The notes under the pieces were generated by a model. That model did not search any database, had not been told where the DNA came from, and worked only from the letters and a program-made list of their open reading frames with translations. This document shows positions 10,158 to 20,172 of a stretch of DNA of 64,000 nucleotides, one piece after another. The stretch's first letter is position 1; each line of letters starts with the position of its first letter. Both the position numbers and the translations under genes were made by a program. Source of the DNA: an uncultured Bacillota bacterium (GTDB taxonomy: Bacteria; Sysuimicrobiota; Sysuimicrobiia; Sysuimicrobiales; Segetimicrobiaceae); contig CAWDRG010000017.1 of the NCBI GenBank assembly GCA_963804645.1, positions 576,001 to 640,000 on the forward strand, in the 5' to 3' direction.

Positions 10158-11228
10158 ATGAGCCAACTGACGATCGGCGTCATCGGCGCCGGCAACGCGG
10201 GGCTGGCGATGGCCGCCGATATGGCGACGCGCGGCCACCGGATCCTGGCGATCTACGACAGCGACCCGGCGGCGGTGCGCGCGGTGACGACTCGCGGCGG
10301 CGTCGAACTCGTCGGGCCGCTGCTCTCGGGCGTCGTTCCGTTGATCGCGACCGGCGTGCTCGAGGACGCGGTGAGCGAGGCCGACGTCGTCTTCGTCATG
10401 GTCCCGGCCACCGCGCACGCGGCCGTGGCCGAGGCGCTCGCGGGGATGATCCGCCCGTCGCAGACGATCGTCGTCTGCCCCGGCTACGTGGGGAGCACGC
10501 TCCTGTTTCGGCGGGCGATGCGGCGCCGCGGCGTCGAGGCGCTGCCGGGCCTCATCGAGACGACGACGATGCCGTTCGCGGCCCGGCTCGTGGCGCGCGG
10601 ACAGGTGGGCGTCAAAGGCATCAAGAAAGCGCTGCACCTCGCGGCGCTGCCGAACACCGACACCGCGCGCGCGGTCGCGCTCCTGCAGCCGGCCTTCCGG
10701 CCGCGCCTGATCGCCGCGGCGAACGTGCTGGAGGCCGGCTTCAACAATCCGAACGCGATCGGGCACGTCCCGCTGACGGTCATGAACTGGGGCCGCATCG
10801 AAGGCGAGACGTTCTCGCGGCACTTCGACTACCACGACTGGATCTCACCCGGCATCCACCGGGTGTCCGAGGCCCTGGACGCGGAGCGCACGGCGGTCAT
10901 GCGCGCGCTCGGCCTGCGTCCGGTGAGCCACGAAGAGTTTACCGCACTGAGCTACGATGCGAAGTGGGAGATCGTCGACGCGAAGGAAGAGGTCCCGCCG
11001 TCGAGCTGGACGATCCCTCCCAGATTCTTGGATGAGGACGTGCCGTGCGGGCTGGTGCCGATCAGCTCCATCGGCGCGCAGGCGGGAGTCCGCACGCCGG
11101 TCACGGACGCCCTGATCGCCCTCGCCAGCCTCTCGCGCGGGACAGATTTCAGGCAGGCCGGAAGGACCGCCGAGGCCCTCGGGCTCGGGGGGTTGTCGGC
11201 TGACCAGATCACGGCGCTCGTCAGCTAG
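10158..11228 (+). CDS. NAD/NADP octopine/nopaline (opine) dehydrogenase family protein
   Basis: IGAGNAG Rossmann motif, ETTTMPFAAR, NPNAIGH, DAERTAVMRALG, RFLDEDVPCGL. Confidence 0.88.
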   Translation: MSQLTIGVIGAGNAGLAMAADMATRGHRILAIYDSDPAAVRAVTTRGGVELVGPLLSGVVPLIATGVLEDAVSEADVVFVMVPATAHAAVAEALAGMIRPSQTIVVCPGYVGSTLLFRRAMRRRGVEALPGLIETTTMPFAARLVARGQVGVKGIKKALHLAALPNTDTARAVALLQPAFRPRLIAAANVLEAGFNNPNAIGHVPLTVMNWGRIEGETFSRHFDYHDWISPGIHRVSEALDAERTAVMRALGLRPVSHEEFTALSYDAKWEIVDAKEEVPPSSWTIPPRFLDEDVPCGLVPISSIGAQAGVRTPVTDALIALASLSRGTDFRQAGRTAEALGLGGLSADQITALVS

Positions 11229-11232
11229 CCGG

Positions 11233-11255
11233 GCGCCGCGAGGCGGTCGCGGCGC
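11233..11255. terminator. GC-rich hairpin between convergent genes
   Basis: GCGCCGCG-aggcggt-CGCGGCGC; no U-tract. Confidence 0.35.
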
Positions 11256-12656
11256 TCAGCGCCCCGGGTCGCGCTGCCGCGCCTTGGCCTCCTGGAGCAC
11301 TTCCGCGCCGGCGTCGACGACGCGCTCCCCCTCGCCGCGTTCAAGATTAGTGTTGGTGATCCCGTACGCCCACCGATACCGGTCCTGGTCCAGGACCTCC
11401 TCAAGCGGCACGCTGTTGACGAGATCGAACTCCGCGGCGCTCGGCAGGTACCCGAGGTAGTCGTTCGTGTACGCGAGGACCAGCGTGGTAGCGAACGGGC
11501 TCAACTCGCGCATCCGCCGGCCCAGCTGGCTGAACAGCTCGAACGGATTGCCGACGATCCCGACATCACCAACGGCGAGGGCCTGCATCTCCGCCTGCAT
11601 CGGCGCGTCCTGCTTCTCCAGCATGCCGGCGTACATCGCCACGGCGCCCTTCTGGTACATCGTCGGAAACCGCTGCGCCGAGTTCATCGTGTGGAGGTCG
11701 GGCGGCCAGATCTCCGGGTACGCCGGCTCGGGGGTCCGCTCGAGCCGCTCCTGCACCGCCCGGACTTCCTCCCGCGACCACGGCAGCCGGCGGCGTTTGA
11801 GCGCCACGGTCCGCGCGGACGCGCCGACCGGCTGCGACGGCTCGGTCCGAATCCCCGGCAGCAGGGCAATCACGCGCTCCGCGATCGCCTTCCCGAGCCG
11901 GTCCCGGTGCTCGTAGGTCTGCGGGAGCGCCTCGGGATTGCCGAACCAGTAGTTCCAGGGGCCGACGTCACCCGCACAGCCCTGCACGAACATCGGGGTG
12001 ATCCCGGGATGCGCCGCCTCCACCGCCGCCCGGAACGCGGCCGGAAACTCCGCGTTCCACAACAGCGTGTGCCCGGCCATCGAGATCGGGTGGCACGCGA
12101 ACGACGCGACCGCCGCGATCGGCCGGCCGTCCTCCCCGTCGACCCGGAGCACGCCGATGGTGTCGTCCGGAGGCTGCTCATGCCGGACCCGGTTGCTCGT
12201 GAGCCCGCGGCCGGTCGTGACGGCACCGCCGACGCGGGCGGGGCGCCGGGCGGAGTACGCGCCGAACACCGCGCCGGCGATCAGATCCGGCAGCGCCTGT
12301 TCATAGCCGTCGAACCCCGATGAGTGGCGGGTCGCCGTGACGCCGCTCCCCCGGGACAGGCTCGCCGCGCTGTGGTTGTGGGAGGCGTTCAGCATGACCG
12401 CGTCGGGTGGGATCCCGGTGAGCGCCTGCACGCGCGCGCGCACCTCGTCCCGAAGCACCGTGCCGAAGAACCCGAGGTCCGCCCCAACCAGCGCGACCGT
12501 GCGCCGGCCGTCGTCCAGGACGAGCGCCTGCGCCTTCAGCGGCTCATGCCGGCCGACCGCGAGTCCAGGGTTGCGCAGGCGCCACAGGCTGTGGGGCAGC
12601 CCGTACGGTGGGGTGATGTCGGCTTCCGCGACTCCGGCCAGCAGCGTGCTTGCCAT
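11256..12656 (-). CDS. Neutral/alkaline ceramidase-like metallohydrolase
   Basis: AGVAEADITP, NASHNHS, FACHP, QGCAGDV, PFELF, YTNDYLGYLPS. Confidence 0.8.
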   Translation of the reverse strand: MASTLLAGVAEADITPPYGLPHSLWRLRNPGLAVGRHEPLKAQALVLDDGRRTVALVGADLGFFGTVLRDEVRARVQALTGIPPDAVMLNASHNHSAASLSRGSGVTATRHSSGFDGYEQALPDLIAGAVFGAYSARRPARVGGAVTTGRGLTSNRVRHEQPPDDTIGVLRVDGEDGRPIAAVASFACHPISMAGHTLLWNAEFPAAFRAAVEAAHPGITPMFVQGCAGDVGPWNYWFGNPEALPQTYEHRDRLGKAIAERVIALLPGIRTEPSQPVGASARTVALKRRRLPWSREEVRAVQERLERTPEPAYPEIWPPDLHTMNSAQRFPTMYQKGAVAMYAGMLEKQDAPMQAEMQALAVGDVGIVGNPFELFSQLGRRMRELSPFATTLVLAYTNDYLGYLPSAAEFDLVNSVPLEEVLDQDRYRWAYGITNTNLERGEGERVVDAGAEVLQEAKARQRDPGR

Positions 12657-12716
12657 GATGGGCCTCCCTCTCCGATTGGGTGCGTGGACGATTGATCGTG
12701 CGGGGCGCAGGTCCCG

Positions 12717-13727
12717 CTACAGGAGCTCGTCACGGGAACAGCGCTGGCCCACCACCGCCAGGCAGTCGCCCTGCCCGATCGTCGCGATCGCGCGGACGAC
12801 GCAGACGATGCCGGCGCTCTGCGCCGTCACCTCCACCGGGGCGCGGTCCGGCCGCTCGATGAAGTGGATGCGGCCCACGACGTGGCCGCGCGTGATCGGC
12901 TCCCCCAGCGTGACGGCCGCTTCGAACAACCCGCTCTCGGGCGCCATGGTGTAGTCCTCACGCGCGAGCGCTTTCAGGATGAGGCCGTCCGGGAGGCCGC
13001 GCGCGGCCCGCGTCTCGACCCTGCCGGCAAGCACGCCGACGTGCCGCAGAAAGTTCCGGGCGCCGTACGCGGCGATCCGGTGGATCTCCGCGGTCGTGTA
13101 TCCGCCGCCGCCGAGTTCGGTGCCGATCGTGATTTTGCCCTGCCGCTCGGCCTCGCCGACGAGCAGCCCGCCGCCGCCGATGTTGATGTAGAGCACGTGG
13201 TAGTCGGTACCGAACGCGAGCATCGCGTCGACCATCGCGCGGCGCTGGGCCGGATCGTCGACCCAGTGCATCTCCGACCACGGCAGATGGAGCGAGGACC
13301 GGCCTCCGCTGTGAATGTCGCAGACCGCGTCGCACAGCGGGAACAGCACGCGCGTGAAGTAGTCCGCCAGCTGCTGGTCCGGCCGTCCGGTGGGCGACCC
13401 GGGAAAGCTGCGGTTGAAGTCGACGCCGCTCGGCCAATTTCGCGTATACGCGCGCGAGGCATCGGGCGACACGCACGGCAGAATAATCAGCCGGCCGTGC
13501 ACATCCTCCGGCCGCACCTCCCGCGCGAGGTTGAACGCGGCGATCTGCCCCTCCGGCTCATCCCCGTGGACCCCACCCGTCACGAGCGCCGTGGGGCCCT
13601 CGCCGTGCTTCACGCAGATCGCGGGGATGTACCCGTTCGTCCATCCGCCCGCCGGGATCTCGAGGTGGCCGACCTGCTTGCCCGGCCGCTCGAAGTCCAC
13701 CGTGCTCAGTACGGGAGAATCACTCAC
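12717..13727 (-). CDS. Succinylglutamate desuccinylase/aspartoacylase (DoeB-like M14 deacylase)
   Basis: GGVHGDEPEG, DFNRSFPG, DIHSGG, TELGGGG. Confidence 0.88.
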   Translation of the reverse strand: MSDSPVLSTVDFERPGKQVGHLEIPAGGWTNGYIPAICVKHGEGPTALVTGGVHGDEPEGQIAAFNLAREVRPEDVHGRLIILPCVSPDASRAYTRNWPSGVDFNRSFPGSPTGRPDQQLADYFTRVLFPLCDAVCDIHSGGRSSLHLPWSEMHWVDDPAQRRAMVDAMLAFGTDYHVLYINIGGGGLLVGEAERQGKITIGTELGGGGYTTAEIHRIAAYGARNFLRHVGVLAGRVETRAARGLPDGLILKALAREDYTMAPESGLFEAAVTLGEPITRGHVVGRIHFIERPDRAPVEVTAQSAGIVCVVRAIATIGQGDCLAVVGQRCSRDELL

Positions 13728-13728
13728 C

Positions 13729-14622
13729 CTACACCTCGCGCAATCGGGGATCGAGGATGTCCCGCATCCCGTCCCCGAGGAAGTTGAACCCCAGCACGAC
13801 GATCATGATCGCTAGGCCCGGATAGATGACAAGCCATGGCGCGAGCTCCATATACGAGCGCGCGGTGTTGAGCATGTTGCCCCACGACGGTTCGGGCGGC
13901 TGCGTCCCCAGCCCCAAGAAGCTCAGCGCCGCCTCCGTGAGGATCGCCGTCGAGAGATACACCGTGACGAGGATGATGACCGGTGCGATCAGGTTCGGGA
14001 TCAGGTGGCGCGCGACGATACGGAGATCCGACGCGCCGATGCTGCGGGCCGCCTCGACGTGCGGCAGTCCCATAATACTGAGCGCGGATCCCCGCACGAC
14101 GCGGCCGAACGCCGGCGCGTAGATGATGCCGATCGCGATCATCGCGTTCGTCCGCGTCGGCCCGAGCAGGCCCGCGATCATGATGGCCAGGACGAGGCCG
14201 GGCACGGCGAAGATAATATCCAGGATCCGCATCAGGACCGCGTCGGTGCGGCCCCGATAGAATCCCGCGAACACGCCGATCGTGCTGCCGAGCGCGAACG
14301 CGATCAGCACGGCGATGATCCCGACCTGCAGCGAGACCGACGCGCCGTGGATGACGCGGGCGAGCTCGTCGCGCCCGAGCTCGTCGGTGCCCATCGGATG
14401 CGCGAGGCTCGGCGCCAGCAGGCGGTGCCAGGCCTGGTCCGCGTAGTTGACCCGCCACAGGAGCGGCCCGCCAAGCGCGACCAGGACCGTGCCGAGCACG
14501 ATCACCAGCCCCGCGATCCCGATCGGGTTGCGCCACAGGCGTGCGGCCGTGAAGCGCCCGCGCCGCGGAGGCGCGGCGCTGCGCGCCGCCTGCTGGAGTC
14601 CGACCGCCTGGGGCGCGCTCAT
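13729..14622 (-). CDS. ABC transporter permease, DppC/OppC family
   Basis: HPMGTDELGRD, VEAARSIGAS, EAALSFLGLG, SWGNML. Confidence 0.95.
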   Translation of the reverse strand: MSAPQAVGLQQAARSAAPPRRGRFTAARLWRNPIGIAGLVIVLGTVLVALGGPLLWRVNYADQAWHRLLAPSLAHPMGTDELGRDELARVIHGASVSLQVGIIAVLIAFALGSTIGVFAGFYRGRTDAVLMRILDIIFAVPGLVLAIMIAGLLGPTRTNAMIAIGIIYAPAFGRVVRGSALSIMGLPHVEAARSIGASDLRIVARHLIPNLIAPVIILVTVYLSTAILTEAALSFLGLGTQPPEPSWGNMLNTARSYMELAPWLVIYPGLAIMIVVLGFNFLGDGMRDILDPRLREV

Positions 14623-15569
14623 GCGTGCTCGATGCGGGGATCGATGACCCCGTACAGCAGGTCGACCAGCAGGTTCACGAACACAAAGACGCCGGCCAGG
14701 AACAAGGCGGACATCTCGATCACTGGGTAGTCGCGGGCGTAGATCCCCTGGACGAGCGTGTACCCCATCCCGGGCAGGCCGAAGATCACCTCAACGACGG
14801 TCGCCCCGCCCATCAGGCCGCCGACCTGAAACCCGATCACGGTGACCACGGGGATCAGCGAGTTCCGCAGCGCGTGGCGAAACACCACGGCGTGCGACGA
14901 CGCCCCCTTCGCCCGCGCCGTGCGCACGTAGTCCTGGCCGAGCACCTCGAGCATCGTCGCGCGCGTCATGCGCATGATGACCGCCAGCAGGTACACGGAG
15001 ATCGCGACCACCGGGATCGCCACCTGGCTGAGGTTGCCGGCGAGATCGCGCGACGGCGGAATCCACGTGACCGGCGGCACCCAATGGAACACGAGCGAGC
15101 TGACGAGCAGCGCGAGCGTCGCGAACCAGAAGTTGGGCACCGAGAGGCCCATGAGGCCGCACACTCGGCTGGCCAGGTCTGTGCCGGTGTTGGGCCGCAC
15201 CGCCGACAGCACGCCGAGCGGCACGCCGACGACCGTGGCCAGCAGCACGGCGAGGACGGCCAGTTCGCTCGTGATCGGCAGCGCACGGGCCATGACCGCG
15301 GCGATCGGCTCGCCGGTCGTGAACGACTTGCCCAGATGGCCCGTGACGACGCCGCCGATCATCTTGACGTACTGCAGCGGCACCGGATCGGTCAGCCCGA
15401 GCGAGACCCGGACCGCCTGCTTCGCCGCGGCGGTCGCGCTGACGTCGCCGCTGAACATCGCGTCCACGACGTCCCCCGGCAGAAGCCGCACCAGCGCGAA
15501 GATGAGCACCGACATGCCGAGGAGCGTGGGGATGAGGAGCAGCAGGCGGCCGGCTACATACCGCAGCAT
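14619..15569 (-). CDS. ABC transporter permease, DppB/OppB family
   Basis: Start MLRYVAGR; TRATMLEVLGQDYVRTARAKG, HALRNSLIP. Confidence 0.95.
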   Translation of the reverse strand: MLRYVAGRLLLLIPTLLGMSVLIFALVRLLPGDVVDAMFSGDVSATAAAKQAVRVSLGLTDPVPLQYVKMIGGVVTGHLGKSFTTGEPIAAVMARALPITSELAVLAVLLATVVGVPLGVLSAVRPNTGTDLASRVCGLMGLSVPNFWFATLALLVSSLVFHWVPPVTWIPPSRDLAGNLSQVAIPVVAISVYLLAVIMRMTRATMLEVLGQDYVRTARAKGASSHAVVFRHALRNSLIPVVTVIGFQVGGLMGGATVVEVIFGLPGMGYTLVQGIYARDYPVIEMSALFLAGVFVFVNLLVDLLYGVIDPRIEHA

Positions 15570-15662
15570 TGACCGCTCCGCGTCAGGCGCGCGGCCGGCC
15601 TGGGCCGCGCCGCCGTCGGCTCGAATCGGGGGCGGCGCCCGCACGGCGCCGCCCCTCCGCGA

Positions 15663-17300
15663 TCAGCTGACCCACGACTGGAGAAGCCCAACCTCGTTGC
15701 CGACGAACGACACGTAGTAGCCGTTCACGCGCTTGCGGACGACCTGGTACACCATCGGGTTGACGAGCGGAATCGCGGGCCACTCCGTGATGATGATCTC
15801 CTGCATCCGGCGGTACAGCGGCAGGCGCTTGACCGGGTTGGTCTCGTGGATCCCCTGGAAGTAGAGGGTGTTGAGCTCCTGGTTGTTGTAGCCGCCGCCG
15901 TACCACACCTTGTCGATGGAGCTCGTCGGGTCGAAGTCGGCGATGTACCCGCTGGGATCTCCGCGCATGCCGCGGCCCGTGTTCTGCCACTCGAACGACC
16001 CGTTGCCGTTGTTCGCGGCGAACGTGCCGATCTCGAGCGGCTGCACCGTCACGTTGATGTTGATCGCCGCGAGCTGCTGCTTGATCACCTGCGCGGACTC
16101 GGTGTAGTCCGTGGGGTGCGCGATCGACTGCAGGGTGACCGCGAAGCCGTTGGGAACCCCAGCCTCAGCCATGAGCTGCTTGGCCTTGTTCACATCGTAG
16201 ACCTCGTACGTGTGATGCAGCGCGTCCTGCGGGATTGGCCAATCCCCGTACCCGATCGGGATCTTGCTCGTGAAGTAGGCGTCGCCGCCGTACACCTTGT
16301 CGATGATCTCCTGGCGGTTGATCGCCGCGCTGATCGCCTGGCGGACCTTCACGTTGTTCCAGGCCTTGCCGTCGCCGTGGATCGTGAGCTCCATCTCCCG
16401 GAACGCCGCCTGCAGGCCCTTGAGCACGGTCAGGTTCGAGTCGTTGGCCATGGTCTTGGTCGTGTCCGACGTGAACGTCGACCCGTCGATCGCGCCGGTG
16501 CGCAGCGCGGCGACGCGCGCCTGCTCGTCCTGCATGACCTTCATCGTGATGCCGTCCAGGTACGGGAGCGACTTGTTCCAGTAGTCCTGGTTCCGCACGA
16601 ACGTGCTGTGGTCGTTCGGGACGAACTCGGTCAGCTTGAACGGCCCGGTCCCCACGGCCTTCGTCCGGACGTCCATCTGATCGTACAGACCCTTCGGGAC
16701 GATCCACGAGTACCGCCCCCACGCGAGATACCCGAGGAGGGTCGCGTCGGGTTCGCCCATGTGCACCGTGACCGTATACTTGTCCGTCGCGTCGACGCCC
16801 ACGATCTTGGGATAGAAGCCCTGGATCACGCCGGGCGGCGGCGGGGTCTTCTGCAGCTCCAGCGAGTACTTGACGTCGTCGGCCGTGAAGTCTTGCCCGT
16901 TGTGGAACTTGACGCCCTGGCGCAGCTTGAAGACGTACGTCTTGTTGTCCGGAATCTGGAAGGACGTCGCCAGCGCGGGCAAGATTTTGAGATTCTTATC
17001 CCAGGCGAGCAGCGACTCGTAGACGAGCGACGTCACCTCGAACGACGAGCCGGCGACGCCGCCGAACGGCGCATAGTTGACCGGGTCGGACGTCATGCCC
17101 CACGTGATGGTGCCCCCGCGCTTCGGGGCCGCCGCCGCGTAGGCGGCCGATCCCAGCAACTGCGGTCCGGACCCCTCGAGGAGCCACGCCCCGGCCAGGC
17201 CGCTGCCGGCCGCCACGCCTGCGCGCACGAGCTCCCGGCGGGTCAGACGGCGGCCGCGCGGCCGCTCCGGGGTCGAGTCGATCGCATGCTCGTTCTTCAT
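15663..17300 (-). CDS. ABC transporter substrate-binding protein, family 5, Tat signal
   Basis: Start MKNEHAID; LTRRELVRAG Tat motif; FKLRQGVKFHNG, GTGPFK. Confidence 0.93.
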   Translation of the reverse strand: MKNEHAIDSTPERPRGRRLTRRELVRAGVAAGSGLAGAWLLEGSGPQLLGSAAYAAAAPKRGGTITWGMTSDPVNYAPFGGVAGSSFEVTSLVYESLLAWDKNLKILPALATSFQIPDNKTYVFKLRQGVKFHNGQDFTADDVKYSLELQKTPPPPGVIQGFYPKIVGVDATDKYTVTVHMGEPDATLLGYLAWGRYSWIVPKGLYDQMDVRTKAVGTGPFKLTEFVPNDHSTFVRNQDYWNKSLPYLDGITMKVMQDEQARVAALRTGAIDGSTFTSDTTKTMANDSNLTVLKGLQAAFREMELTIHGDGKAWNNVKVRQAISAAINRQEIIDKVYGGDAYFTSKIPIGYGDWPIPQDALHHTYEVYDVNKAKQLMAEAGVPNGFAVTLQSIAHPTDYTESAQVIKQQLAAININVTVQPLEIGTFAANNGNGSFEWQNTGRGMRGDPSGYIADFDPTSSIDKVWYGGGYNNQELNTLYFQGIHETNPVKRLPLYRRMQEIIITEWPAIPLVNPMVYQVVRKRVNGYYVSFVGNEVGLLQSWVS

Positions 17301-17373
17301 CGTCGCGTCCCCTCCGTTTCTTGTGGCGGCCGCGTGCGTCGCCGATGCGGCGGACGGGGCTCCCACGAGTCGA

Positions 17374-18801
17374 CTACCGGAGCGCGTGCTCCGGACGTTC
17401 GGTTTCCTTATAGAACTCGCGCAGGGCGGCGACGGTTCCATCCACGAGCCTGGCCGCCGCCTCCGGCGCGAACGGGGAGGTCTCCACCTCGTATCCCCCG
17501 TTGGGGTACTCCTCCGCGGTCGGGATATATCCTCCCCAGCCTCCGACGTAGCCACCGAACCAGGTATACGGAAACGGGGAGCCGGCCTTCACGGCGAGTC
17601 CGATCTCGGCGAAGGGCTCGTTCGCCACCGCGGCCAGCACCACCGGACCAAGGCGCAGCAGGTAGAGGTCCACGGGCTGCTCGGTCCGTCCGCCGAACGC
17701 GCGCGCCCGCGTCAGGGTCATGTTGGCGCGCTTCGTCACGAACGTCGCGGCCTCGATCTCCGCGTCCGGGGCGCCTCGGGCGACGAGCGCCTGCAGGGTC
17801 CGCTGCGCGTCGCGGAGGCGCGCCTCCGCCTCCGCCACCGGCGGCTGGGGCCGGAGCGGCAGGCGGAGCTCCACTACCCGGCTCCGCACGATCGGCTCCG
17901 GGCCTGCCACCGGGCGGGCCGCCCACTTGCCGAGCGACGCCCCGGATTCCCAGACCCGCTCGTGCACGAACTCGACCGGGGGCACGCGGATCCCGAGGTA
18001 CACGCGCGCCGCCTCGCACCCGACGAGCATCCCGAGCCGCCGCAGCACCCCCGCGTCGTCGGTAAACCCCTCGGGCCCGGGCCCGACGTTGCCGGTGGCG
18101 CCCTGCGCGAATAGACACGTGGCCCCGGTCAGCTGCTCCACGGTGCGCTTCAGATGCCCCGGCCAGTCGGCCGTGATCCGCCGGAACGTCGGCCCCGCCG
18201 TCGTCGGATGCATCGTGTAGCCCACGATCGCCGCGATGGGGCGGCCGTCCGTGCCGTCGATCCGCACGACGAGCACCGCGGGGTCGATGATCCCCGTCGG
18301 GTTCACGCCGGCGGCGCGACGGCCGTCGGGCGCCGTCTCGCGCCGGTTCACCGCCACGCGGCTCTCGCCCACGCCCGCCCCGAGGCGCGCCGGGCGGAGG
18401 TCGCCGAGCGCGATCCGGGCGGCGCCGGCGGCGAACGCCGGCAGCATCTCGTAGTACCGCCGCAGCTCGGCCGTGCCTTCCAGCCAGTCCCACCGGCTCG
18501 GCGGCGGCCCGGTGTGATTGTGGGTCACGGAGACCCGCACCTGCTCGGGACGAATCCCGACCACGCGGCCGACGGCCTGGGCGATCGTGCGGGACTCCTC
18601 ATCCGTGATGATCACCAGGTCCAGATCCACGATCGCCGCGCGCTCGCGTCCGTCGTCGACCACGAGCACGGTCGCCCACAGGTCGGTCTCGATCCCCTCG
18701 GGGTACACGTGGGTCTGCGCCCCCCAGCCCGCGTGCGGCACGTTGAGCGGCGGCGTAATCGTCGCGCGCCCGACCCCGGCGCGGAACGCCGTCTCCGTCA
18801 T
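17374..18801 (-). CDS. Neutral/alkaline ceramidase-like metallohydrolase
   Basis: Start MTETAFRAGVGRATITP; VTHNHTGP, VNRR, MHPT, QGATGNV, GYIPTAEEYPNGGYEV. Confidence 0.8.
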   Translation of the reverse strand: MTETAFRAGVGRATITPPLNVPHAGWGAQTHVYPEGIETDLWATVLVVDDGRERAAIVDLDLVIITDEESRTIAQAVGRVVGIRPEQVRVSVTHNHTGPPPSRWDWLEGTAELRRYYEMLPAFAAGAARIALGDLRPARLGAGVGESRVAVNRRETAPDGRRAAGVNPTGIIDPAVLVVRIDGTDGRPIAAIVGYTMHPTTAGPTFRRITADWPGHLKRTVEQLTGATCLFAQGATGNVGPGPEGFTDDAGVLRRLGMLVGCEAARVYLGIRVPPVEFVHERVWESGASLGKWAARPVAGPEPIVRSRVVELRLPLRPQPPVAEAEARLRDAQRTLQALVARGAPDAEIEAATFVTKRANMTLTRARAFGGRTEQPVDLYLLRLGPVVLAAVANEPFAEIGLAVKAGSPFPYTWFGGYVGGWGGYIPTAEEYPNGGYEVETSPFAPEAAARLVDGTVAALREFYKETERPEHALR

Positions 18802-20144
18802 GCGAGGGCCGCCTCCGCGACGCCGATGCTCTCGCCGAGGATGTCGCACATTTCATCGATGTCGCGCACGGTGGAGATCAGCGGCGGCGCGAACGCCGCG
18901 AAGTCGTCCCCGCAGCGCAGCAGGAGGCCGCGCTCGCGGCACGCGCGCTCCACGACCTTGCCAGGCCGGACCGCCGGACCGAACCGCGCCTTCGTCCGTC
19001 GATCCGCGACGAACTCGACGCCCTGCAGCATGCCGGCGCCCCGGACGTCGCCGATGATCGAGTACCGCGCGGCGAGCCCCTCGAGGCGCTCGCGGAGGTG
19101 CGCGCCCTGCCGCCGGGCGTTCCCGATGAGATCGCGCTCGATCAGCTGGGTGAGCGCCGCCACCCCCGCCGCGCACGCCACGGGGTTGCCGCCGTAGGTG
19201 TGCCCGTGGTGGAACTGCCGCTGCTCGCCCGCCTCGCCGTAGAACGCGTCGGCGATCCGGTCCCGGATCAGGATCGCGGACAGCGGCGCGTACCCGCCGC
19301 TCATGCCCTTCCCGCAGCACGTGATGTCCGGGGCCGCGTGATAATACTCGGACGCGAACATCTCGCCGAGCCGGCCGAACCCGGTGATGATCTCGTCGTA
19401 GATCAGGACGACGTTGTGGCGGGTGCAGACCTCCCGCAGGAGCCGCAGATAGTCCGGCGGCGGCACCATGAATCCCGCGGACGAGATCGAGATCGGCTCG
19501 ACGATCACCGCGGCGACCGTCTCGGGATCCTCCATCTGGATCGTCTTCTCGATCAGCCCGACGCACGTGCGCCCGCAGGTCGGGTACGTTTGGTCGAACG
19601 GGCACCGGTAGCAGTACGGTGGATGGACGTGCAGAAACCCGACGCCGAGCGGCTCGTACGGTGATTTCCGGTCGCGCCCGCCCCCCGCCGACAGCGCCCC
19701 CATCGTGCCGCCGTGGTACCCGCCGTAGCGGCCGATGATCTTGTACTTCCGCGGATGGCCGGTCTGCTGGTGATACTGGCGCGTCAGCTTCATCGCGGCC
19801 TCCGTCGCCTCGGAGCCTCCGCTCATGAGCTTCACGGCGCCGACACCCTCGGGCGCGATGCGCAGCAGGATCTCGGTCAGCTTGAGCGCCGGGGGCGTCG
19901 TGCTGTGGAGCGGCGGTGCGAACGCGAGCTGCTGCGCCTGCGCGATCATCGCCTCGATCACCGGCAGATTGCCGTGGCCCAAGCTGGTCACAAACACGCC
20001 CGACAGCCCGTCGATATACTGCTTGCCCGTGGAGTCGGTCAGCCGGATGCCTTCCCCGCCGACGAAGACCAGCGGGTCTTTCACGAACTCCTGCATCTGC
20101 ATGAAATCCAGGAACAGATGCGGCAGCGCGTCTCGAGTCTCCAT
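18798..20144 (-). CDS. Class III PLP-dependent aminotransferase
   Basis: SGGSEATE, YHGGT, LIYDEIITGFGRLG, DITCCGKGMSGG, HGHTYGGNP. Confidence 0.93.
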   Translation of the reverse strand: METRDALPHLFLDFMQMQEFVKDPLVFVGGEGIRLTDSTGKQYIDGLSGVFVTSLGHGNLPVIEAMIAQAQQLAFAPPLHSTTPPALKLTEILLRIAPEGVGAVKLMSGGSEATEAAMKLTRQYHQQTGHPRKYKIIGRYGGYHGGTMGALSAGGGRDRKSPYEPLGVGFLHVHPPYCYRCPFDQTYPTCGRTCVGLIEKTIQMEDPETVAAVIVEPISISSAGFMVPPPDYLRLLREVCTRHNVVLIYDEIITGFGRLGEMFASEYYHAAPDITCCGKGMSGGYAPLSAILIRDRIADAFYGEAGEQRQFHHGHTYGGNPVACAAGVAALTQLIERDLIGNARRQGAHLRERLEGLAARYSIIGDVRGAGMLQGVEFVADRRTKARFGPAVRPGKVVERACRERGLLLRCGDDFAAFAPPLISTVRDIDEMCDILGESIGVAEAALA

Positions 20145-20172
20145 GTGCCACCCTCCTCCGCGGTCCGCAGCG

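Noticed and set aside
10158..11228. Staphylopine/pseudopaline-type metallophore biosynthesis
   Set aside because: No nicotianamine synthase-like (CntL) gene or exporter is nearby.
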